Both the position numbers and the translations under genes were made by a program. Positions 1-11,916 of a DNA stretch of 64,000 bases are shown here, piece after piece. The stretch is from Scyliorhinus canicula (Eukaryota). The stretch spans positions 153,760,379-153,824,378 of the forward strand of contig NC_052149.1 of the NCBI RefSeq assembly GCF_902713615.1, in the 5' to 3' direction. Within the stretch, counting starts at the first letter, position 1, and each line of letters begins with the position of its first letter. The notes beneath the pieces were generated by a model that made no database searches, was not told the origin of the DNA, and was given only the letters and a program-made list of their open reading frames with translations.

Positions 1-109
1 ACGTTGATTGCTTTGTTACAACATTCTCTATGGGTTGGAATACTGGCTAAATTATTGTGTTTTCCATAAACTGGTTGCTTTCATTTTACTGCTGCATTAT
101 GTCTTTTAG

Positions 110-234
110 GCCCATACAGTTTGCAGGGGCATAGAGTAAAGATCTACCAACCAGACTCTTCCGAAGAATGGGTCTTTGCGGTTGTTGCACATCATGACCC
201 TGCTTCGCGCACCATGGTGGTCACCACAGAACAG
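110..234 (+). CDS. KDM3B: KDM3B internal coding exon (N-terminal conserved domain)
   Basis: ttttag|G...CAG|gtacaa, 125 nt, phase 1-0. Encodes GPYSLQGHRVKIYQPDSSEEWVFAVVAHHDPASRTMVVTTEQ, matching KDM3B GPYSVQGHRVKIYQPE. Confidence 0.95.
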
Positions 235-1062
235 GTACAATGTGGGGCTGACTTTAAACATATGTTATAGTTTGCCTTCACTTTTCACATGTTCCACCCA
301 GAAGGTACAAATCTGCGTTTCCTTTGACTGGCGATAGCCAGACTCTGGCTTTGGTTGGATCTTGTGGGCATTTGATGTTTACCCTGAGGGATGCAATGGG
401 GAGTGACTAACGTTATTTATGTTGGCACTAGAGAAGTCTTTGTCCACATTCTCCTTGCCTAGGATTTTATGTGGATATTGGATTTTGAAGGCCATAAGAT
501 AGTAAGGGGAGGACTGATGAAAAATGTGAACAGATGTTAACATTGAACCAAGGAGCATTCCACACTTAGAAATAGGAGAGCCCTAATAGAATAATAATGG
601 ATGATGGAAGCACCATAGTTGTTCTGCAGATCATGAGGCTGTTGTGGAGACCATTCAAGTCAAGATGAAGGCAACTGTACAGCAGCAAGCTACTGGGCTA
701 TTGTTGCAACTGTTCAAACTATTTTTCCTGGCCAATAAATATCTTGTGTTTGATATTCTGTCTTTATCAAATTTTGCTGCAGGTCCTTGACGATTACCAA
801 AAAGAGTTAAAAAACAGAGTTCCACAAGAATAACATTTATTTTCTCTCCATACAAAACCTTAAAAGAACTTTCCGAACCAGCTTTAAAGCTTGAAATTGT
901 GATCACATGATATTGAATTCCCAAACTCAGTTAAAATGGGATTCACATCTAATTTGGCAGTGGCTCTGAATTCAGATCACTGTCAATCTTGGGCAGTTGA
1001 TATCTCATCATATTTAAGGGCATAGAAGTATGTTTCTGTTGCTGACTTGTTTTTCATAATAG

Positions 1063-1194
1063 GAACAGCAGACAAAGACTGTTGATCCTTTGCGGATTTA
1101 TATCACACTTGTGGATGAAGTGCTTCAATTACTGAAAGGTGAAATTGGGATTCTATGTAAAAGCATCGAGCCAAATGAAAGCAATGCAGCAATG
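1063..1194 (+). CDS. KDM3B: KDM3B internal coding exon
   Basis: taatag|GAA...ATG|gtgagt, 132 nt, phase 0-0. EQQTKTVDPLRIYITLVDEVLQLLKGEIGILCKSIEPNESNAAM contains the VDP motif of the KDM3 family. Confidence 0.88.
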
Positions 1195-1690
1195 GTGAGT
1201 GATATCAGTTCTTACTGTAATCTTTTGAAGGGTTATCCAATCATTATTTTCTCCTATTGGTCTATACCCACATGTCAGGTGGTGACCTGTTGTTCTACTT
1301 CTGCTACGACTCATAATGAAGCAATATTGATGCTCTGTGATGGTATGTACTTATAAGCCATCGTGCACCTTTCTCTCCACACAGTAATAGCTATGATTGT
1401 ATGATATTCACTGATATGATCAAACTTAAAATAAGTTTCACATAGCCTGATTGCTCAAGGCAGAGTGTTATTTATAGTATAAGTATCTGGTTTTGGTTCG
1501 ATCCCAGTTAACAGTGTTTAACATGCTCTGTGTTCGGCCGCTAGACTATTTTGTACTGGTAGTGTTTCAGCTAATGGCTGTTGGGGGAATCTGTGAAATG
1601 TACCTCTTATTAATTCTGTAGAGTTCCATTAATGGCGTTTGGAGAAAAGGCAGCAATATCATCTTGTTGTTCGTCTTTTCAATTCTACAG

Positions 1691-1790
1691 GTTGCTCAAA
1701 AACAAGTATCTCAAAACTCCAGAAGCAGACGCAAGAAGGGAGCTGAGCCCAGTCCACCTTACAGTCCAACTAAAGAAACTGATGACAAGG
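1691..1790 (+). CDS. KDM3B: KDM3B internal coding exon (basic, Ser/Pro-rich)
   Basis: ctacag|GTT...AAGG|gtaagg, 100 nt, phase 0-1, which bridges the flanking exon phases. VAQKQVSQNSRSRRKKGAEPSPPYSPTKETDDK. Confidence 0.8.
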
Positions 1791-2284
1791 GTAAGGCACA
1801 AGCTTGTATTAGAACTAAGGAATATAGCATCGTTGTGGGTTAATGAAACTACTAACTGGGGTAGGAGAGAGGGAATCTGTCCATGGTTTGCATTGACAAC
1901 TAAGCAAATAGCTCTTGGACTATGGTTATTAAATTTAGCAAATACAAGCATGTGCCCAGGGTGTCCAATCTACAATTTCAGAAGATAACTGCAATATCCC
2001 CAAAGGAAAGCCATGTTCTCATTGCAGAAATTGTTTTTATTGCCAGACAACAGCATAAATAATCTAAAAGTCAAAAGTAGAGGAATCTGACGACCTTGCA
2101 GATGCCCCAAGTTTCGGTATAAGATTCAGCAACCCTGGTTTGAAAGCCGACAGCATTGCTTCCCCAAAGTTTTCCCAATGTGACCATATTTAATGCCTCA
2201 GGCTCTGTGCGAACCTAAGTGAATATATGGGAGGTAATGAGTGCTGTTGAACAGGTTTTCAGTAGAGGAGGGGAGGGTTTGACT

Positions 2285-2470
2285 GCAGGGACTGGGGAAT
2301 CTACAGTTGTTGGAAGTGTTTAATCAGTTGGACATGGAGAAGCTTCAGTTGCTGGTTGGGGTGGGAAGAGTTTGATTGGTTGGGCACGGGGAAGTTCCAG
2401 GTTCTGGATGGGTTGGGAGAAGATTTATTGGTTGGGCATGGGGGAGCTCCAGTTGCTGGGAGGGATGGGC
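2285..2470 (+). repeat. Degenerate G-rich ~52-bp minisatellite, about 3.5 copies
   Basis: Recurring agyt(c/t)cagttgctgg...attggttgggca(c/t)gggg units starting near 2341, 2392 and 2444. Confidence 0.6.
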
Positions 2471-2584
2471 GAAACGAGGAAGTTGACAAAAGGCAGTGTT
2501 TCTACAAAGAAACGCAAACACCTGCCTTTTCATGTGCTTTATTTGCAGCAGCAACTGGGTCTCTGAAAGAGCTGTCTTATCAAG

Positions 2585-3735
2585 TCACACCCCCCAATAT
2601 ATTAATTATGGGTGACTTTAAACTTTGTGTAGATTGGGAATATAAAATTGGCAGAGGTAGCCACAATGAAAAATTCCTAGAGTGCATTCAGGACAGTTTC
2701 CTAGAATATAATGGTGTGGATAAAAACAATAACTATCACTAGAGAAAAAGTACTCTGGGAAAATAAATGGGGCTAAAGGTTAAAGTCCCCTGGCCTGATG
2801 GGTTGCATCCTAGAATATTAAAGGACGTTGCTATAGTCATAATCGCAAAGTACCAGAGAATTGGAAAACTGCCTATGTAACAAACACCCTGATTCAAAAA
2901 GGGAGGGAGACAAAAAAAAATAACTACTAGGTCAATTAGCTTAACACCTGTCATTGGGAAAATATAATATAATCAAGCAGAGTCAGTGTGACTTCATGAA
3001 GGGGAAATCGTGTCTGACAAATCTATTTAGACTTCTTTGCAGTGGTAACGAGCAAGATAGATAAAGGGAACCAGTAGATGCATTATTTTAAAATTCTAAA
3101 ATGTCTTCACTAAGGTAATACATAAAAGGCTACTTATAAGAGAGCCCATGGTGTTGGGGGTAGTATATTAGCATGGATAGAGGATTGGTAACTAATAGAT
3201 GACCGAGTTGGGATAAGAGGAACATTTTCAGGATGGCATCCTGTAAATAGTGGATCAGTGCTGGGGCCACAATTATTTCCAATATCTGTTCATGACTTGG
3301 ACAAGTGAAGTGAATATACTAGCGCCAAATTTGCAGATGGTACGTAAATAGGTGGGAAGGATGACACACTGAGGGATATAGCTAGGTTAAGTGAGTGGAC
3401 AAAAACGTGGATGTTTCAGGTGGAATAAATAATGTGTTTAAGATAAAATAATGTAAGATGGAATAATGTTTAAAATGGAATGTAATGCCAGAAATATTAA
3501 GTTATGCACTTTGGTAGGAAGAATAAAGGAGCTGAATATTATTTAAATAGAGAAAGACTGCAGAAAGCTGCAGCACAGAGGTATTTGGGGGTCCTTGTGA
3601 GTAAATCACAAAAAGCAAGCATGCAAGATAAGGTAATAGGAGAGGCAAATGGAATGTTGGTATTTATTTCAAAGGAAATGGAGTGTACAATAAGAAAGTC
3701 TTGCTAAAACTGTACAAGGTATGAGTTAGAGCACA
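2585..3735 (+). mobile_element. CR1-clade (HER1-like) LINE, decayed ORF2 fragments
   Basis: Remnants of MGDF, PGPDG.HPR.LK, GSVLGP, KFAD and MHFGRKN with many stops and deletions. Confidence 0.8.
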
Positions 3736-3738
3736 CTT

Positions 3739-3923
3739 GAAAATGAAAATTGCTTATTGTCATTATTGTCACAAGTAAGCTTCAAATGAAGTTATTGTGA
3801 AAAGCCCCTAGTCGCCACAATCCAGCGCCAATTCGGGGAGGTTGGTACGGGAATTGAACCCGCGCTGCTGGCCTTGTTCTGCTTTGCAAGCCAGCTGTTT
3901 ACCCACTATGCTAAACCAGCTCC
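3739..3923 (-). mobile_element. Short tRNA-derived SINE without V-domain
   Basis: Minus strand reads GGAGCTGGTTTAGCATAGTGG (A box), GGTTCAATTCCC (B box), then tail gtggcgactagggg..cttacttgtgacaata and TTTTCA-like repeats. Confidence 0.75.
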
Positions 3924-3944
3924 ATTCTATATGTATATATGTGA

Positions 3945-4620
3945 TTCTAGAAGTATATAAAAGGGAACTGTGTAACTAAAATCATTGTTGGTCCATTAAT
4001 GGATGAGATTGGGGAATTAATAATGGGGAACACAGATATGGCAGATGCAACCAATATTTTACCTCCGTTGTCATGGTGGAGGACACTAGAGTCATCCCAA
4101 TATTAACATAATGCAAATGTTGTTGAAAAGGAGGAAATTAAAACAATCATCATCACTCTGTTCAGAAACGGAGAAAGGCAGAAAATAGGATACCATAGAC
4201 CAGTTAGTTTAATATCTGTTTTTGGAAACTGTTGGAATCCATCAGAGTCAGCATGGTTTTATGAAGGGTAAATAGTGTTTGACTAATTTGCTGGAGTTCT
4301 TCAAAGATGTAACAAGCAAAGTGGATAATAGGTGTCCTGTAGATCTAATGTATTTAGACTTCCAAAAGGCATTTGATAATGTGCTTGCCAAAACGCGTGA
4401 GGGTTGTGAATCTGGAATCTTTTACCGCAGAGGGCTGGCGAGGCTGGATCATTAAGTACTTTCAAGGCTCAGGTAGACAGATTTTTAATTAGTAAGGGAA
4501 TCGAGGGTTATTGGGATAAGTTGGGAAAAGTGGAGTTGAGAATTGTCATATCAGATCAGTCATGATCTCATTCAAAGACAGAGCAAACTCGATGGGCCGA
4601 ATGCTCTTCTTATGATCTTC
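3945..4620 (+). mobile_element. CR1-clade LINE fragment with 3' tail
   Basis: Contains SQHGFMKG and YLDFQKAFD motifs, then tail aactcgatgggccgaatg..cttatgatctt. Confidence 0.8.
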
Positions 4621-5240
4621 CACTCCCGGAATACCCAATGGCGGAGGCCTGCTGAGCCTTGTGTTACTATTGGTGGGAGGCCTTTTTTTTTCTGACAGCC
4701 CACCAAGAACCTAATCCAACTTATCCACAATGTCAGCTTTCTTTGATTTGTCAATGTTCCCCTATTTGGAGCTTGCTTGGAGTGGAAGAATGCCCTAAAT
4801 GACTCTTATGGGTAATGCACCAGACCTAGTTCCAGGTGCGGATGTATTTGAACTGGTGTTAATGAACTTTGCCAGTCCTGTGCTAAAGTCTTGCGCTATT
4901 CTGGTTGAAGCCTGTGTCCATGGGGCTAGCTCCTGTTCGCCTCAACCCAGCTTACCGTCGTCACTCTTCACCGTGGGGCATTTCAAGTCACTGTCAATTG
5001 TGCTGGATTGGGCTTCATCAACTTCTTGAGCTTAAATCTGGGCTTGTGTCGTTGTTTCTATCCCTGGTTAGTTATTCTCAAAAAGTGAAGGTCACCAAGG
5101 AAATATATTTTGCTATATGACTCCAAATAGAGATGAGATTTTCCATTGTAGTAACATTGGCCTTAAATTGACACAATTGGTTGCAAATTTTGAACCTAGG
5201 TTTGAAGGTAGAGTGTGATGTACTGCTTAAAGATTCATGC

Positions 5241-5263
5241 AGACCCCAGTTTGAGAACCCCTG
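5241..5263. mobile_element. Isolated hAT-Charlie-like terminal inverted repeat
   Basis: Reverse complement is CAGGGGTTCTCAAACTGGGGTCT. No partner end was found. Confidence 0.4.
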
Positions 5264-5415
5264 ATCGAAATAACTGATTCCTCTAAGAATGCTTCATGAG
5301 ATAACTATTGCTAAATCTAGTTTGTTCTGAATGCATTAGAAAATGTCTGTAATTATGCTTTGAGACATTATCTGGCTATACGTTCACAAGCACTAAATTG
5401 GTTTACTCTTCATAG

Positions 5416-6173
5416 ATAAAAGCAAAGACAGTCGTAGAAGAAAGAATGCCTTTGATGGAGAGAATGAACCTGCACAAAAAAAAGTGAAGGATGCAGAAGA
5501 AATGGAGCCTGACAGCAGCAGTGTAGGCTTGTTGGCTGCTGGAGGCAATGGTCGCAATCTGCCAAAGAGTGAGAATCCTGATGTGGAGCAAGCAAGCTTT
5601 GACTCCAAGAGAATTGAGGATTTAGCCTGGGGAAATGCTGACAGTGCTTCAGATCGATCTCGCTTTGTACCTCAGTCACAAGCAGGCTTACGCTATGCTA
5701 CCTATACCAAAGAGAATGGTCGGACCTTGGTTGTCCAGGATGAACCAATACATGGGAAGCCTTTCGTGCCAATTGGTACTGCTGCCCCTCGACCAAGTGG
5801 AGTGTCATTTTCCAATACAGAATCTCTGAATCCTCAGAGCAAGAAGGGTTTGGCAACTACTGATTCAGGCAGAACCCCTGAAGTGCCGGTCTTGGAGCCT
5901 TCAAACCTAGACCAAGATACTGCAAATGCAAACACACATGTTTATTTAGAGACTGCAGTATCTGACCAGGGGATAAAAGAAAACTTTTCTGGGAATTCAA
6001 TATCAAAACAGAAGCTGCAGAATACATCATCTGAGTCCCAAAATGAAAGTCTTCAATCTGCTTTGGTGATCCCAAACACCTTCCACGTCCCACAGGATCA
6101 CATGCACTCCACTTTGCGAGTTTTCGAATCACATCAGTCTTTTACAAACCGCAGTGAGACTCCCAACTTTGAT
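5416..6173 (+). CDS. KDM3B: KDM3B internal coding exon (NLS-like segment, YATYTKENGRTLVVQDEP motif)
   Basis: tcatag|AT...GAT|gtaagc, 758 nt, phase 1-0. Same frame as ORF 5484..6218. KDSRRRK..EPAQKKVK and FVPQ..RYATYTKENGRTLVVQDEP are diagnostic of KDM3B. Confidence 0.93.
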
Positions 6174-6575
6174 GTAAGCAACAGTTTTATATTGCTTTTT
6201 GGTACCATGTCTCCTTGACAGTTCTACAAAATTAATGGATTAAGAGCAATTTTCTGCAAGTTATCAATAAGACTGTGGGTTACATGCAGATGTTTTTATA
6301 AACAAGTCAGTTTGTTTTGTCTGCATTAGTTATAGACTGATAAGAATTAGGAGCAGGACTGGACCATTTGGCCTGTTCTGCCATTAGGAGAATTGTTAAA
6401 GCACAGAAGGCCATTCAGTGTGTTGAGTTCCTTCTGCTCTCTGCAAGGGTGTTTCAGTCCTACTCTCATCATTTTCTCTGTATCCGTACAATTTTTCATC
6501 TTGGTGCTTATCTAATTCCCCATTGCAAGCTACAATTAAATTTGCATCCACCATCGTCTCAGGTAATTAATGTAT

Positions 6576-9000
6576 TCTTTTTTTAAAAAATAATTTTTAT
6601 TCAGATTTTCAGAAAATATTAACAAAACAAAATATTAACAACTAAGAAAAACAAAAAAGAACAAACCCCCCCCCCCCCCCCCGTTAAATACAAAAAGAAG
6701 AAAGAGATTAACACCCTTCAACTGCTGCTGGCCTTTTTTCCCCTACCGTTCTGCCAAGAAATCTAGGAAAGGCTGCCACCGCCTGAAAAACCCCTGTACT
6801 GATCCCCTCAGGGCAAATTCCACCCCATATCGTTGATCCAGGCCTCCACGCTTGTAGGCCTCGCATCCTTCCACTGAAGAAGAATCCTCTGCCGGGCTAC
6901 TAGGGACGCAAAGGCCAGAACACCGGCCTCTTTAGCCTCCTGCACTCCCGGCTCCACTGCAACCCCAAATATTACGAGTCCCCAGCCTGGCTTGACCCTG
7001 GATCTTACCACCCTCGACACCGTGCTTGCTACCCCCTTCCAAAATTCCCCCAGCGCTGGGCATGCCCAGAACATATGGGCATGGTTCGCTGGGCTCCCCG
7101 AACACCTAGTACACCTGTCTTCGCCCCCAAAGAACCTACTCATCCTCGTCCTGGTCATGTGAGCCCTATGTAGCACCTTGAACTGTATGAGGCTAAGCCT
7201 CGCACATGAAGAGGAGGAGTTCACTCTTTCCAGAGCATCCGCCCACATCCCCTCCTCAATCTCCTCACCCAGCTCCTCGTCCCATTTACCCTTCAGCTCC
7301 TCCACCGAGGCCTCGTCTACCTCCTGCATCACTTGGTACATGTCTGAAATCTTCCCTCCTCCAACCCACACCCCAGAGAGCACCCTGTCCTGGACCCCAC
7401 GTGGGGGCAACAGAAGGAACCCCGCCACCTGCCGCCTGGCAAATGCCCTTGCCTGCATATACCTAAGCATGTTCCCCGGGGGAGCCTGAAATTCTCCTCT
7501 AACTCACCTAGGCTCGCAAACTTCCCATTTACAAACAGGTCCCTCAACCTCCTAAAACCTGCCCTGTGCCGACTCAGGAACCCGCCATCGATTCTCCCTG
7601 GAAGAAACCGGTGGTTCCCCCGTATCGGGGACCCCATCGAGACCCCCACCTCTCCCCTGTGCCGTCTCCATTGCCCCAAATTTTGAGGGTAGCCGCCATG
7701 ACCGGGCTCGTGGTATACCTCGTTGGAGGGAGCGGCATCGGCGCCGTGACAAGCGCCTCCAAGCTCATGTCCACACAGGACGCTATCTCCATCCTCTTCC
7801 ATGCTGCCCCTTCCCCGTCCATTACCCACTTACGCACCATCACTGCGTTGGCAGCCCAATAGTACCCACAGAGGTTGGGCAGTGCCAGCCCCCCCTATCC
7901 GTGCCCCGCTCCACAAACACCCTTCTCACCCTCGGGGTCCCGTGCGCCCATACAAATCCCGTAATACTCCTGTTGACCCTCCTAAAAAAGGCCTTCGGGA
8001 TAAGGATGGGGAGGCACAGGAATAGGAACAAAAACTTCGGGAGCACCGTCATCTTGACTGACTGCACCCTGCCCGCCAGTGACAGCGGCAACATGTCCCA
8101 TCTTGTAAACTCCTCCTCCATTTGCTCCACCAGCCTTGTAAGGTTAAGTTTGTGTAGGGTCCCCCAGCTCCTGGCCACATGGACTCCCAGGTACATAAAG
8201 CTCCTCTCCGCCCTTTTTAGTGGGAGCCTACCAATCCCCTCCTCCTGGTCCCCCGGGTGCACGACGAACAGCTCGCTCTTACCCAGGTTGAGCTTATACC
8301 CTGAGATGTCCCCAAATTCCCTGAGAATCTTCATCACCTCCGGCATTCCCCCCACTGGGTCCGCCACATATAGCAATAAGTCATCTGCATAAAGCAACAA
8401 TCGGTGCTCCTCCCCACCCCGCACCAGTCCCCTCCAGTTCCTCGACTCCCTCAACGCCATGGCCAGGGGTTTGATCGCCAACGCAAAGAGCAAAGGGGAC
8501 AAGGGACACCCCTGTCTCGTCCCTCTGTATAACCGAAAGTACTCCGATCTCCTCCTATTCGTGGCCAAGCTCGACATCGGGTCCTCATATAACAACCTCA
8601 CCCATCTGACAAACCCCTCCCCAAACCCAAACCTTTCCAGCACCTCCCACAAGTACCCCCACTCAACCCTATCAAAGGCATTCTCCGCGTCTAGCGTCAC
8701 CACTATCTCCGCTACCGCCGGCATCATAATAACATTCAAGAGCCTCCGTATGTTTGTGTTCAGCTGCCTTCTCTTCACGAACCCCGTCTGGTCCTCGTGG
8801 ATGACCCACGACACACAGTCCTCTATCCTCGTGGCCAAGATCTTCGGCAACAGCTTGGCGTCTACATTTAACAGTGAGATCGGCCTGTCTGATCCACACT
8901 GCAGGGGGTCCTTGTCCCGCTTAAGGATCAAGGAAATCAGCGCCCGGGACATAGTCGGAGGCAAAGCCCCCCCCTCCCTTGCCTCGTTAAAGGTCCTAAC
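6576..9000 (-). mobile_element. L1-clade LINE, 5'-truncated (RT to 3' end)
   Basis: ORF 7840..9084 has RPISLLN, DQTGF, AFDRVEW, RGTRQGCPLSP and YADD. C-terminal C..C..H..W.C knuckle in ORF 6808..7470. A-tail near 6576. Frameshifted. Confidence 0.92.
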
Positions 9001-9039
9001 GTAATTAATGTATTCAAGATCCGAACTACTCGCTGCATA

Positions 9040-9790
9040 AGAAGAATGCTTCCTCACGTCACTTTTAGTTCCTTTACCACTCACCTTAAATCTGTGCCAT
9101 CTGCTTTTCTACCCTTCAACCAACGGGGACAATTTCTCACTATCTACTCTCGCCAGACCCCTCATGATTTTGAACACTTATCAAATCTCCTTTTGACCTT
9201 CTCTCCAAAAAAAATCATTCTCAATTCTCCAATCAATTCGCCAGCTGAAATCCCTCATCCCTGGAATCATTTTCATTAGAATAGGGAGAGTTTTAGAAAC
9301 CAGCAAAAGCAACCAAAAAGTAGATGAAGGAAAAAATAGAATCTGGGAATAAGCTGACCAGAACTATAAAACAAATTGTAAAAACACTTGAATACATAAA
9401 AAGGAAAGTAGCTAAAGCAAACTTAATTCCTTAAAGAAATTAACATGAGGAATGATGAAATTACAGAGAGAAACAAATATTTTGTCTATTTTCATAGACA
9501 CTAATGATTTTCCAGAAATAGGGTATAATGCTGTTTATTATTACATTGTTGCAAGCTCCAATTGTTTCTCACTAAATATTCCGTCTGAATTGTAAAAACA
9601 GTGTTCGGGGGCATGTAAACAACTCCACATGATCCCAATCTTGCATCCTAATCTCGCCCAGTATCGAATCTATTTAATGATTTTTTGAATCAAGATCTTT
9701 CTTACTATTGCCTTGTCATCCATTACTATCAGGGCTACTGCTCCTCTTCCATTCTGCCTGTTGTAAGTATACCCCTGTCTATGTAAACCC
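9040..9790. mobile_element. Decayed CR1-clade fragments, mixed orientation
   Basis: Weak similarity to the CR1 3' region (9040-9270, minus), tether (9280-9520, plus) and endonuclease (9600-9790, minus) seen elsewhere in the window. Confidence 0.45.
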
Positions 9791-10549
9791 AGGCATATTA
9801 GTGGCAACAGCTGAGCAGTTGTAGCATTAGTCGAGGATTCTTTCATAGCTTTACTAGGTAAGGTATGTTCACCATTGTGGGGGGGCTCTGCTGTCCTCCA
9901 TGTGTGACAGAATACCGTTGTACCCTGTTTTCACAACAATGTAATTTAGTTGCAAAATATTTACCCCTATATTCCCCTGTATCAGTAGAGATTTGACAGA
10001 TACATATTTGAAGTATGGCGGTTGCCCCATTTCTCGGCTGTTGAGTGGACTTCTGTTCTAATTGGCAACTGGATGAATGAGAACACTGAACACTTGATTT
10101 CACATTTGAACTATTTTTCACGATATTGATAAAAAGTATGTTTCACCTAAATCTGGGAATTCGTTCTTGAGGAACAGGAACTATAGTCTATTTGAAGTTA
10201 ATGGGCAGAGGTTTTCCATCCTCCACAGGAGAATTTGGCAGGTGATGCATCACCAACGATCAGGGTTCCATCTCAGCCATTTAATGCTCGAGGGAGCATT
10301 ATTTGGCTGCAGGTGGGCCTACAGCCCCACACTCAGGAGGAAATTCTGCGTCAGATGCTAGCCAATCTGAGGCGAGATTTCCACCTAAGTTGAGGCGTAG
10401 AAAGCGTGCCTGCAGCCAATCTGATTGGTTGACAGCTATGTAGTCCTAGTAGAGCCATCCGGAGCAGTGGCTACTGCTAAGACTGCAAGCAGTCCCCAGA
10501 GTCTGAATGCCAGAGCCCCAGGAGACGGGGAAGTCCAGGGTCTCATGGT

Positions 10550-10603
10550 GAACATAGAATATACAGCGCAGAAGGAGGCCATTCGACCATCGAGTCTGCA
10601 CCA
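10550..10603 (-). mobile_element. HE1/HER1 3' tail fragment
   Basis: catagaatatacagcgcagaaggaggccattcgaccatcgagtctgcacc. Confidence 0.7.
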
Positions 10604-10707
10604 AGTCTGAGGGTTGGGGTGAGACAGTTGTGATTTAAAAGACAGGCAAGGAGGGGAGCACCTAACAGTTTGCTTTTCTATTGTCTATTGTCAAATTTTC
10701 TATTGTC

Positions 10708-11023
10708 TGTGCACAGTGGTTAGCCCTGGTGCTTCACGGCTCCAGGTACCCGGGTTCAATTCCAGCCTTGGGTAACTCTGTGGTGTTTGCACTTTCTCCT
10801 CGTGTCCATGTAGGTTTCCTCCGGGTGTTCTGGTTTCCTCCCACAGTCAAAAGATGTGCAGGTTAGCCCATGCTAAATTTCCCCATGGTGTCCAAAAGGT
10901 TAGGTGGGGTTACTGGGTTATGAGGATAGGATGGAGGCATGAGCTTAAGTAGGGTGCGCTTTACAAGGACCGGTGCAGACTCAATGGGCTGAATGACCTC
11001 TTGCACGGTTGTATAATTCTGTA
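10708..11023 (+). mobile_element. V-SINE (HE1-type, CR1-like tail)
   Basis: tRNA head (cagtggttagc..ggttcaattcc), V-domain ggtttcctccgggtg..ggtttcctcccacagtc, tail ccggtgcagactcaatgggctgaatg. Confidence 0.85.
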
Positions 11024-11202
11024 ATTTGGTTTAACTTGAATAGTTTTTCCAAAATTGCTTTTTTTAGTTGGAAATTTGAAACTTTTCTCATGGTTTTTAT
11101 TCAGAAGTGTTGGTCAGATTGCAAGTTATAAATATTTGTTTTTTTTTAATGGTATTTTACTTGCACACTTTATTTTCCAATCTATTATTTCCTAAATTTC
11201 AG

Positions 11203-11336
11203 GGAAGTAAAAATCTACCGACATACAGTTCACCTGCTCCTGGGTCAGAAAAGCCTTTGGGAAATTCTTCAGCATTGGAGTCCTCAAAGGATCCATCATT
11301 GGCAGCAGTACAGCAAGCATGTGGTACTGCTAAAGG
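11203..11336 (+). CDS. KDM3B: KDM3B internal coding exon (low complexity)
   Basis: tttcag|GGA...AAAGG|gtaagg, 134 nt, phase 0-2, exactly what is needed between 6173 and 20279. GSKNLPTYSSPAPGSEKPLG...GTAK. Confidence 0.8.
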
Positions 11337-11446
11337 GTAAGGAGAAACTAGTAATGTGCATGAAATTTGCCTAATGCATGTAGATACTCAATATTTTCTC
11401 AATTTTTGGAGAATCATGTTTAAACTCAATAAGGTTCTTACTAGAG

Positions 11447-11565
11447 TGTGGGCGTGTCCGAAGTTGAGGGGATTCTGGCAGGGATTTGCAGACGTCATGT
11501 CAGAGGGAAGGGAGAGTGACTCCTAGTCCAGAAATGGCAATATTTGGGGTATCGGAAGATCCAGG
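11447..11565 (+). mobile_element. Internal L1 ORF2 fragment without tail
   Basis: Encodes WACPKL.GFWQGFADVMS...PEMAIFGVSEDP. Lies between perfect 18-bp repeats at 11425-11442 and 11566-11583. Confidence 0.85.
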
Positions 11566-11586
11566 CTCAATAAGGTTCTTACTTCT

Positions 11587-11887
11587 GGGCAGCACGGTAG
11601 CACACGTGGCGTCACAGCGCCAGGATCCCAGGTTAGATTCCCTGCTAGGTCACTGTCTGTGCAGCGTCTGCATGTTCTCCCCGTTTCTGCGTGGGTTTCC
11701 TCCGGGTGCTCTGGTTTCCTCCCACAGTGCAAAAACGTGCAGATTAGGTGGATTGGCCATGATAAATTGACCTTGGTGTCCAAAAAGGTTAGGAGGAGTT
11801 ATGGGGATAGGGTGGAAGTGAGGGCTTAAGCGAGTCAATGCAGACTCGATGGGCCGAATGGCCTCTTTCTGCACTGTATGATCTATG
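11587..11887 (+). mobile_element. V-SINE (HE1-type), full length
   Basis: gggcagcacggtagc head, V-domain, tail gactcgatgggccgaatggcctctttctgcactgtatgatctatg. Confidence 0.92.
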
Positions 11888-11916
11888 TAGAGATACCTTT
11901 TATTACAGCAAATCCA

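Noticed and set aside
1132-1145. Alternative donor AAG|GTGAAA after 1138 that could splice in frame to 5416
   Set aside because: Phase-compatible but weaker than GTGAGT at 1195, with no supporting evidence.
1957-2137. Possible small hAT element (CAGGGTGTCCAA...CAGCAACCCTG)
   Set aside because: Weak TIR match and no 8-bp TSD.
7840-9084. 414-aa RT ORF as an active or domesticated gene
   Set aside because: It is a 5'-truncated L1 that is frameshifted downstream, and its N-terminus comes from unrelated flank.
11587-11660. tRNA genes suggested by A/B boxes (also in every other SINE head)
   Set aside because: Each continues into a V-domain or LINE tail and lacks a proper acceptor stem, so these are SINE heads.
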